Positions 57,056 through 64,000 of a DNA stretch of 64,000 bases are shown piece after piece. The DNA comes from an uncultured Gammaproteobacteria bacterium. GTDB lineage: Bacteria; Patescibacteriota; Microgenomatia; Levybacterales; UBA12049. The notes beneath the pieces are model-generated. The model made no database searches. It had not been told where the DNA came from and saw only the letters and a program-made list of their open reading frames with translations. Each line of letters starts with the position of its first letter. The first letter of the stretch is position 1. The position numbers and the translations under genes are program-made. Location: contig CAZWXQ010000003.1 of assembly GCA_964637955.1 (NCBI GenBank), positions 159,154 through 223,153 on the forward strand. Reading direction: 5' to 3'.

Positions 57056-57814
57056 ATGAATAAAATAAAATTATCTATCCTAATTCCTGTACGAAATGAG
57101 GGTGTAAATATTACATCGATGATGAAGATATTAACAAGTCTTCTTGAAGTGCCTCATGAAATACTTGTAATTCATGACACCCCAGATGATAATACTGCTC
57201 CTGTAGTTAAGAATCTGAGAAGGAAATTACCTCAGGTTAAGTCCGTGCAAAATAATCTTGGAGTTGGTGTGGCAAATGCAATCAGAGCTGGGATAAATAA
57301 AGCTCAAGGCAAATATATCTTAACTTTTGTCACTGATGATTTTGGACCAGTTATGGCAATTGAAGACATGGTTTATTTGCTTGATAATGGTTGTCAATTT
57401 GTTAGTGCTACTAGATATGCAAATGGCGGTAGAAGACTTGGCGGTTCATTTATTCAAGGAGTGTTATCTAAAACAGGGAATAATGTACTTAAAAAAATTT
57501 TGGGTACGACATTTTCTGATTCCACGACAGGTATGAAAATGTTTCATAAGGAATTATTTAAGACAGTAGATCTTGAATCAAAAATAGGCTGGGCTGTCCT
57601 CTTTGAGTTTACTATTAAAGCTCAGGTTCAGGGGCTTAGACTTGGTGAAGTTCCAATTGTTTCTATAGACAGATTATATGGTGGAAAATCAACTTTCAAA
57701 CTTGGTCCATGGTTAAAAGAGTATTTAAGATGGTTTATCTACGGAGTAAAAAATCTTAGAAAAAGAAAAATAAAACAAAAAGTTGTTGTGAGAATTCCTC
57801 AGAATATTTCATAA
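57056..57814 (+). CDS. DPM1/GtrB-like GT2 (polyprenyl-phosphate sugar synthase-like)
   Basis: LSILIPVRNEGVNITSMM..LVIHDTPDDNT. 252 aa with no TM region. Confidence 0.7.
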   Translation: MNKIKLSILIPVRNEGVNITSMMKILTSLLEVPHEILVIHDTPDDNTAPVVKNLRRKLPQVKSVQNNLGVGVANAIRAGINKAQGKYILTFVTDDFGPVMAIEDMVYLLDNGCQFVSATRYANGGRRLGGSFIQGVLSKTGNNVLKKILGTTFSDSTTGMKMFHKELFKTVDLESKIGWAVLFEFTIKAQVQGLRLGEVPIVSIDRLYGGKSTFKLGPWLKEYLRWFIYGVKNLRKRKIKQKVVVRIPQNIS

Positions 57815-58780
57815 TTAAATATACAAGCCTCCATTTACATTAAAAATTTGTCCTGTAATATATGATGCTTCATCAGAAACTAAATATCCAACAACTGATG
57901 CAACTTCCTCAGGTTTTCCAAGTCTTCCCATAGGAATCTGAGAGATTAATTGTTCAAGCGCAGCATCTCCGACACTTAGCATCAAATCGGTTTCGATACA
58001 GCCTGGAGCTACTGCGTTAACGGTAATATTGTTTCCTGCTAATTCTTTTGCTAGTGATTTTGTAAAAGAAATGATTCCTCCTTTTGCCGCTGTGTAATTA
58101 GTCTGCCCAGCATATCCCATTTGTCCAACAAAGGACGTCATTGAAACAATTCTTCCATGTTCAACATCTTTCATTAATGGAATTGCTGCCTTTGAGCAAA
58201 GAAAAACACTTTCTAAATTTGTTTTAATGACTATGTTCCATTGCTCATCTGTCATATTTTCAAGACGTCTGTCCATCATCATGCCTGCGTTGTTAACAAG
58301 AATATCTATGTGATTATTTTTGTTTCTAATCACATCCATCATTGTATTTACTTGCTTTGCATCAGAAACATCAGCTTGTAGATAATATGCTTTCCTACCA
58401 AGTTTTTTAATTTCAGATGCGACTTCTTTACCCTCTTTAGTGCTATTTTTGCTGTTAATAATAATATCTATTCCTTTTCGAGCAAGTTCTAATGCTATTG
58501 CTTTACCGATTCCCCTGGAGCTTCCAGTAATTAGTGCTACTCTTGGTCGTGTTTTCTTTTTTAATATATTCTTTGGAGTAAAAATCTGTATCTTATTTCC
58601 TAAATATTCAATTGTTGAAATGTCTCCTTGAGTATTAATGTGAATGCTATTGCTATGTTCTGGTCTTGCTTGTGCAACTGCTCTTTGATTATTGGTATTT
58701 TTAAGAACAACCAAAATATATCCGTTTTTAAACGGTGCAAGGGGTATTATGACGTTGGTAAAACTCACAACTTTCCACAT
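57815..58780 (-). CDS. SDR-family 3-oxoacyl reductase (FabG/PhaB-like) with an N-terminal 85-aa extension resembling a DUF35-type OB-fold
   Basis: VALITGSSRGIGKAIA is the TGxxxGxG motif, NAG and YAGQTNYTAAK (YxxxK) are present, and it ends PGCIETDLM. The N-terminal WKVVSFTNVIIPLAPFKNGYILVVLKNTNNQRAVAQA fits the DUF35 OB-fold pattern. Confidence 0.7.
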   Translation of the reverse strand: MWKVVSFTNVIIPLAPFKNGYILVVLKNTNNQRAVAQARPEHSNSIHINTQGDISTIEYLGNKIQIFTPKNILKKKTRPRVALITGSSRGIGKAIALELARKGIDIIINSKNSTKEGKEVASEIKKLGRKAYYLQADVSDAKQVNTMMDVIRNKNNHIDILVNNAGMMMDRRLENMTDEQWNIVIKTNLESVFLCSKAAIPLMKDVEHGRIVSMTSFVGQMGYAGQTNYTAAKGGIISFTKSLAKELAGNNITVNAVAPGCIETDLMLSVGDAALEQLISQIPMGRLGKPEEVASVVGYLVSDEASYITGQIFNVNGGLYI

Positions 58781-58781
58781 A

Positions 58782-59924
58782 TTAGTTAGATAAAACTGTT
58801 ACTAGCGCGCTTGCTCCTACTCCTCCCAAATTACATGTTAATCCATAATTAAGTTTTTCAATTTGACGTTCTCCAGCTTCTCCTCGAAGCTGTTTTACTA
58901 CCTCTACCATTTGCCCAACTCCAGTTGCTCCAACTGGATGTCCTTTTGCTTTTAATCCACCGCTAGTATTAATAGGGATTTTCCCACTTCTTTTTGTTTG
59001 CCCATTGTCAATAAGTTTTTTTGCCTGACCTTTTTCGCATAACCCTAAATCTTCCATTTCGACAATTTCTGCAATAGTAAAGCAATCATGTAATTCTGCA
59101 AAAGAAATATCTTTTGGAGTAATGCCAGCCATAGAATATGCTTTTTTTGCTGCAGCAACCACAGAAGGAATTGTAGTCAAATCAGTTCTATTAAATAAAC
59201 TGATTGGCCCAACAACGTGTCCCATACCTAATATATATACAGGTTTTTGCAACTTATGATCAATGGCATCTTCTGAAGAAAGAATTACTGCAGCTGCTCC
59301 ATCTGAAATTGGTGAGCAATCTAAGAGTTTTAATGGAGATGATATTAATCGTGAAGACATAACATCATCGACTGTGATTTTTTTATGAAAGTGAGCTAAT
59401 GGATTTAAAAATGCATTATCGTGATTTTTAACTGCAACTTTTGCAAGATGAGTTTCATCTGAATGATATTTTGCAAAATAAGCATTTGCAATAAGTGCAA
59501 AAAGAGAAGGAAATGTAAATCCATGTTTCATTTCCTCTTTGCTTGCTGCAGTGCTAAGTATCTTTGTTGCAGTATCAATAGTAACTCCAGTCATTTTTTC
59601 AACTCCAATAACCAAAACGTTTTTGTATCTTCCACTTAATATGGCAAGCATTCCTTGCTTTACGGCCAAGCTGCCAGATGCGCATGCGGATTCAACTCGA
59701 GTAATTTCAGTGGTTAACCCAAGCTCTTCAGAAGTAACAGCAGAAATGTGCCCTTGCATCGTGAATTGACTTGAAAAATTTCCGATATAAACAGCGTCTA
59801 TTTCATTTAATTTAATATGCGAATTTTCTATTGCGTCTGTAGCTGCCTGTTTTATAAGCTCTTCTAGAGTTTGCGGTAATACGCCAAATTTTGTATGTCC
59901 AATGCCGGTTATTGCAATTCTCAT
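58782..59924 (-). CDS. Thiolase-family protein (archaeal/SCP-x-type acetyl-CoA C-acyltransferase)
   Basis: MRIAITGIGHTKFG and the active-site region ESACASGSLAV fit the thiolase family. 380 aa. Its stop abuts the SDR start. Confidence 0.7.
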   Translation of the reverse strand: MRIAITGIGHTKFGVLPQTLEELIKQAATDAIENSHIKLNEIDAVYIGNFSSQFTMQGHISAVTSEELGLTTEITRVESACASGSLAVKQGMLAILSGRYKNVLVIGVEKMTGVTIDTATKILSTAASKEEMKHGFTFPSLFALIANAYFAKYHSDETHLAKVAVKNHDNAFLNPLAHFHKKITVDDVMSSRLISSPLKLLDCSPISDGAAAVILSSEDAIDHKLQKPVYILGMGHVVGPISLFNRTDLTTIPSVVAAAKKAYSMAGITPKDISFAELHDCFTIAEIVEMEDLGLCEKGQAKKLIDNGQTKRSGKIPINTSGGLKAKGHPVGATGVGQMVEVVKQLRGEAGERQIEKLNYGLTCNLGGVGASALVTVLSN

Positions 59925-60024
59925 TAGTTTACAAATTTCTTTTTGCTATGATAGACAATTTTATATTTATAAACAAGTATTGCAAAAATTCAGCCCCATT
60001 TAAATTTAGATTATTATATTTATT

Positions 60025-61131
60025 TTAATATGTCCGGGTAGTTTTTTTTTCATAAAAACGAAGTATGCATTCGCTTACTTTTTTTATGTCACTGTCTTTT
60101 AGAGTAAAAGCTGAAGGTAACCAAAGAGTAGATTTTGATATCTTTGTAGCTAACGGAAATTTAGTGCCATTTTGCTTGTAGTAATTCTGAGTGTGGATTG
60201 GAAACCAAAAATTCCTTGAGTCAATATTATTTTTATTCAAAAAATTTACTAAATTATCCCGATCATTAAAAATTCCATCAGACCATTGTGGTACTTCTTC
60301 AGATTTAAATTTAAATAAAGAAAAATGTTTGCTTTTCCCTAAATATTTTACATACAGTTCATAATTTCTTTTAAGTCTTTGAAGCCTCGCCTCTAGTTGA
60401 TTTAATTGTCCTAGGCCAATTGCAGCTTGAACATCTGTAAATTTAAAGTTGTAACCAATTCCTTCATGAATATCATCTCCTCCGGTGCCTCGTTTTGGTC
60501 GTCCTTGGTCTTTTAGCTCAACAAGTTTTTTATAAAGTTTGGAATCATTCGTAGCAACAAATCCACCTTGGCCAGTAGTGATCGTTTTGGCAGGGGAAAG
60601 TGAAAAACAACCTGTTAATCCGATTGTGCCTAAAAATTTGTTTTTGTGCATAGACATAAATGCCTCAGCAGCGTCTTCGATTATAGGTATATTAGTATTT
60701 TTACTTATTTCTAAAAGGCTATCTAAATCTGCCGCATGTCCACTTACATGGACTGGAATGATCGCCTTTGTTTTTTTAGTTATAGCTTTTTTAGTTGCTT
60801 CGATACTGATTGTGGGGCTATTAGTATCGACATCTACGAGAATTGCTTTTGCACCGGTCATTTCTACTGCATTTGCTGTTGCAATGAAAGTTATATCAGG
60901 AACAATAACTTCGTCTCCTGGGCCCACTCCAATAGCTTTTAGAGACAGAAACATGCCCGACGTCGCATTTGTAACTACTAGAACATGTTTTACTTTAAGT
61001 AATTTAGCAAGTTTATCTTGAAATTTAATAGATAGGTCACCTTCGTTGGGGAAGTTACTTTTAAGTACAGACTTAATGAGCTTATATTCTTCTTTGCCAA
61101 TTATTGGTTGCCACCATGGAATTTTTTTCAT
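60025..61131 (-). CDS. DegT/DnrJ/EryC1/StrS sugar aminotransferase (second copy)
   Basis: WWQPIIGKEEYKLIKSVLKSNFPNEGDLSIKFQDKLAKLL..TNATSGMFLSL matches the family. 368 aa. Confidence 0.8.
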   Translation of the reverse strand: MKKIPWWQPIIGKEEYKLIKSVLKSNFPNEGDLSIKFQDKLAKLLKVKHVLVVTNATSGMFLSLKAIGVGPGDEVIVPDITFIATANAVEMTGAKAILVDVDTNSPTISIEATKKAITKKTKAIIPVHVSGHAADLDSLLEISKNTNIPIIEDAAEAFMSMHKNKFLGTIGLTGCFSLSPAKTITTGQGGFVATNDSKLYKKLVELKDQGRPKRGTGGDDIHEGIGYNFKFTDVQAAIGLGQLNQLEARLQRLKRNYELYVKYLGKSKHFSLFKFKSEEVPQWSDGIFNDRDNLVNFLNKNNIDSRNFWFPIHTQNYYKQNGTKFPLATKISKSTLWLPSAFTLKDSDIKKVSECILRFYEKKTTRTY

Positions 61132-61288
61132 TTGTATCCTTTTAAATAAATTTCAACAATTTGCTTGCCGTCTATAATTTTTTTAGTTATTTATAAAATC
61201 TTTTGAATTATATCAAAATGCGAATATCAATTTACATTGCTTTTATGTTAATTAAAAAACAATTATAATCACATCTGACTAGATATAC

Positions 61289-62248
61289 ATGGAAAAAATT
61301 TTAATTACTGGAGGAACTGGATTTTTAGGAAGTGCTTTGACTAGAAAACTTATTAAATTAGGTTTTAATGTAAGCGTGTTTGATAATGATTATAGAGGTA
61401 ATAAATCAAGGCTTCATGATGTTGAAAAAGATTTCGAATTTATAAAAGGGGACATCAGGGATTTATCTAGTGTTTCAAAAGCATTAAAAAATAAAGATAT
61501 TGTTTTTCACTTAGCTTATATAAATGGGACAGAGTTTTTTTATAGTAAGCCTGAATTAGTTTTAGAAGTAGCTGTAAAAGGAACTATGAATGTCATGGAC
61601 GCGATGATAAAAAACAGCGTTTCCGAAATTTTTTATGCAAGTAGTTCAGAAGTTTATTTTTTACCAAAGAAAATTCCAACTGATGAAACTGCGCAGCTTT
61701 TAATTCCTGATCCAAAAAATCCAAGATTTTCATACTCAGGAGGAAAAATTATTAGTGAATTAATTGCATTAAATTATGGTAAAAAGTATTTTGAAAGAAC
61801 CGTTATATTTAGGCCTCATAATGTTTTTGGGCCTGATATGGGAAATGAACATGTTATTCCTCAGTTCATTAATAGAATGCATGAGCAAAATCTTAAAAGA
61901 GGAAATAAATTTTTATTTCCAATTCAGGGTACTGGACAGGAAACCCGAGCATATATTTATGTTGATGATTTTATAAGTGGATTGGAAATATTATTAAAAA
62001 AGGGTAAAAACCTAGAAATATATCACATCGGGTCGGAAGAGGAGATCAAAGTTGAAAAATTAGCTTACGAAATTGCTAAGATAATGAATGTTAATATTAA
62101 GATTAAGCCCAGCAAATTACTTGAGGGGAGTACTCCTAGGCGCGCTCCAGACATCTCAAAAATTAAAAAATTAGGTTTTAAGCAAAAGACTGATTTGATT
62201 GAGGGATTAACAAAAACTATCAATTGGTATGTAGACAAAAAAATATAA
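61289..62248 (+). CDS. Extended-SDR NAD-dependent nucleotide-sugar epimerase/dehydratase (4,6-dehydratase or UDP-GlcA decarboxylase-like)
   Basis: ILITGGTGFLGSALTRKL is the GxxGxxG motif and YSGGKIISE the YxxxK motif. 319 aa. Confidence 0.8.
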   Translation: MEKILITGGTGFLGSALTRKLIKLGFNVSVFDNDYRGNKSRLHDVEKDFEFIKGDIRDLSSVSKALKNKDIVFHLAYINGTEFFYSKPELVLEVAVKGTMNVMDAMIKNSVSEIFYASSSEVYFLPKKIPTDETAQLLIPDPKNPRFSYSGGKIISELIALNYGKKYFERTVIFRPHNVFGPDMGNEHVIPQFINRMHEQNLKRGNKFLFPIQGTGQETRAYIYVDDFISGLEILLKKGKNLEIYHIGSEEEIKVEKLAYEIAKIMNVNIKIKPSKLLEGSTPRRAPDISKIKKLGFKQKTDLIEGLTKTINWYVDKKI

Positions 62249-62265
62249 ATGACGTATAAATTACA

Positions 62266-63534
62266 ATGATGATAAAAGATCAGCTTAAGAAAACATACAA
62301 AACAAATAAAAGCGTGATAGTTGATTCGTGTCAAACTTGCGGTAATAAAAATCTAGTATCAATAATATTTTTAGGATATATGCCGCCAGTTAATACGATG
62401 CCAAAAATTGGTTCAAAGCCAAATGAGGAGCCTAGTTTTCCAGCCCAACTTCTTTATTGTTCAAAATGTCACTTAGTTCAAATAGGGTTGATCGTTGATC
62501 CTGTGATTCTTTTTCCAAAAAGCTATCCCTATACTAGCGGTACAACGAAAGTATTGAGAGAAAATTTTGCCGATTTGTGGGATGAATCATCAAAGCTTAT
62601 CTCATTTGATAACAAGGATCTTGTAGTTGATGTTGGATCGAATGACGGAACTCTTCTTAGTAATTTTAAAGACCACTCAAAAGTTTTAGGAATTACACCA
62701 GAAGATATAGGTAGATTAGCAATTAAAAAAGGAATACCTACAATTCTTGATTATTTCAACGAAAATAGCGTAAATGTCGCTCTTAAAAAATATGGGAAAG
62801 CGAAATTGGTTACAGCTGCAAATGTATTTGCTCATATCGAGCATGTTCATGAAGTTTTAAATAATATATTGAAAATGCTTACCAAAGACGGAGTTTTTAT
62901 AAGTGAATCTCATTATCTTTTGCCACTTATTAACGATGTTCAATACGATACGATTTATCACGAACATTTAAGATATTATTCTCTCCATAGCTTGAAATAT
63001 TTACTCGAAATGCACGGCCTTGAAGTATTCCACGTAAAAGAGATTCCTTCACATGGTGGATCGATTCGGGTATATGCAAGTAAAAAAGGTAATTATAAAG
63101 TTGATAAAACTGTTTCAAGTCAATTAAAAAAGGAAAAAGGAGTTGTAACGAGCATGGAATCATTTAAAAATTTTGAGAAAAAAGTTATCCAATCAAAACT
63201 GGATCTGGCAAAAATAATTAGTGACATTAAAAAGAAAAACGGGAGAATATATGGAATAAGCGCTCCATCTAGAGGAACTACCTTAATTAATTATTTAGGT
63301 TTTGATTATGGAATCGTGGATGCGATTGTTGAGATTAAAGGATCATATAAAATTGGAAAATATTTACCTGGAACACTTATTCCAGTACTTGATGAAGAAA
63401 GACTTATTAAAGATCAACCTGAGTATGCACTTTTATTGTCTTGGCATATTACAGATGAATTAATTCCAAAATTGAGAGCAAAAGGGTTTAGGGGTAAATT
63501 TATAAAGCCTTTACCGATACCGAAGGTGGTATGA
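62266..63534 (+). CDS. SAM-dependent NDP-hexose C-methyltransferase-like protein (TylCIII/Coq5 class) with an N-terminal zinc ribbon
   Basis: The zinc ribbon is [28 protein letters not shown] is the SAM-binding glycine loop. The architecture matches sugar 3-C-methyltransferases. 422 aa. Confidence 0.6.
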   Translation: MMIKDQLKKTYKTNKSVIVDSCQTCGNKNLVSIIFLGYMPPVNTMPKIGSKPNEEPSFPAQLLYCSKCHLVQIGLIVDPVILFPKSYPYTSGTTKVLRENFADLWDESSKLISFDNKDLVVDVGSNDGTLLSNFKDHSKVLGITPEDIGRLAIKKGIPTILDYFNENSVNVALKKYGKAKLVTAANVFAHIEHVHEVLNNILKMLTKDGVFISESHYLLPLINDVQYDTIYHEHLRYYSLHSLKYLLEMHGLEVFHVKEIPSHGGSIRVYASKKGNYKVDKTVSSQLKKEKGVVTSMESFKNFEKKVIQSKLDLAKIISDIKKKNGRIYGISAPSRGTTLINYLGFDYGIVDAIVEIKGSYKIGKYLPGTLIPVLDEERLIKDQPEYALLLSWHITDELIPKLRAKGFRGKFIKPLPIPKVV

Positions 63535-64000
63535 GTAAGAAAATCTTAATAAGTGTTATTGTCCCGGTTTATAATGAAAAGGGAAATATTAAATCTGCAG
63601 TAAGCCTCTCTGAAAAAGTTATTAAGTATCCCCACGAATATATTGTCGTTTATGATTTCGATGAAGACGATACAATCCCTGTCGCTAAAGAGTTGATAGA
63701 TAAGGGATTTGGTCTTAGGCTAATAAAAAATAAATATGGTTCTGGGGTCACAAATGCTGTCAGGACGGGCTTTTTAAATGCTGAAGGTGAATGTGTGGTT
63801 GTATTTTCTCCTGATGGCGCTGATGACCCTAAAGCTATAAATTTAATGTACGAAAAAATGCTTGAAGGTTACGATTTAATCTGTGCGACAAGATACTCGA
63901 GTGGAGGAAAAAGATTAAATCAAAATTCCGTAAAATCTTTTCTTTCTAATTTTGTTGGAATTTCAACCCCATTTGTTTTAGGAATTAATATAACAGATCT
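63531..64000 (+). CDS. DPM1/GtrB-like GT2, truncated by the window end
   Basis: The ATG at 63531 overlaps the previous stop at an ATGA junction. [28 protein letters not shown] is a GT2 DxD region, and the reading frame is open to 64000. Confidence 0.65.
   Translation, partial: MSKKILISVIVPVYNEKGNIKSAVSLSEKVIKYPHEYIVVYDFDEDDTIPVAKELIDKGFGLRLIKNKYGSGVTNAVRTGFLNAEGECVVVFSPDGADDPKAINLMYEKMLEGYDLICATRYSSGGKRLNQNSVKSFLSNFVGISTPFVLGINITD

Noticed and set aside
1-64000. Numerous short antisense or out-of-frame ORFs in the six-frame track (for example 726-938, 2156-2437, 9048-9647, 15302-15511, 34908-35183, 38593-38970, 60539-61021)
   Set aside because: They lie wholly inside well-supported genes on the opposite strand or frame. 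They are low-complexity and have no motifs. They are the by-products expected in AT-rich sequence.
1-64000. Alternative genetic code (UGA as a sense codon)
   Set aside because: TGA is used as a real stop at several well-defined gene ends, including ATGA overlaps at 18390-18393, 19184-19187 and 63531-63534. Long ORFs therefore do not require recoding.
1-64000. CRISPR arrays, transposases, integrases, reverse transcriptase or DGR elements
   Set aside because: No regularly spaced direct repeats were found. No ORF carries transposase DDE, recombinase or RT motifs. The large inverted duplication is ancient and diverged, so it is not an IS element.

Overview
This window is AT-rich (roughly one-third GC by eye) and very tightly packed; many genes overlap at ATGA or TAATG junctions. 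TGA is used as a stop codon, for example at 18391-18393 and 63532-63534, so the standard bacterial code applies. The supplied ORF track translates GTG and TTG as M at several starts, and I moved those starts to the first ATG where the context supports it. I found no rRNA, tRNA, CRISPR array, transposase or integrase.

Content in order:
- 1-10438: a division and cell-wall (dcw-type) block: murE C-terminus, murC, murA, a GlmU-like nucleotidyltransferase without its acetyltransferase half, mraY, ftsW, murG, a small FtsQ-position membrane protein, ftsA, ftsZ. A NUDIX hydrolase gene follows, flanked by a duplicated copy of the ftsZ C-terminal peptide coding sequence.
- 10531-32167 (about 22 kb): a glycosylation island. 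It holds GT-C-fold membrane glycosyltransferases, a Wzx-like flippase, a small HTH gene with an upstream SD-less promoter and inverted-repeat operator, and a 1203-aa three-domain glycosyltransferase (DPM1-like GT2, processive PgaC/NodC-like GT2, GT4). It also holds a kinase-like protein, a NodB/PgaB-like deacetylase, three tandem GT2 paralogs, two families of GT-C-like polytopic proteins, and a TIM-barrel-like hydrolase. At its centre sit a small secreted protein with an LANTG cell-wall sorting signal and its sortase. A diverged, inverted second copy of the synthase / GT-C-A / GT-C-B module lies on the opposite strand, converging on the sortase pair.
- 32426-44447: an RND efflux pair (adaptor plus AcrB-like permease), FKBP, ileS (type 2), a RodA-like SEDS protein, rplU, rpmA, parB, lepB.
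- 45571-64000: a second nucleotide-sugar and glycan locus. It encodes GT4, acyltransferase-3, a sugar N-formyltransferase, several GT2s, and WbpA/B/E/D-like enzymes predicting a 2,3-diacylamido uronic acid. It also encodes a second DegT aminotransferase, a 4,6-dehydratase-like SDR, a sugar C-methyltransferase, and a thiolase followed by a DUF35-like/SDR fusion.

Overall inference: a small-genome, probably monoderm, peptidoglycan-containing uncultivated bacterium (plausibly CPR/Patescibacteria-like). The most interesting content is a lipid-linked-sugar-dependent surface glycosylation system built around a sortase and its substrate.
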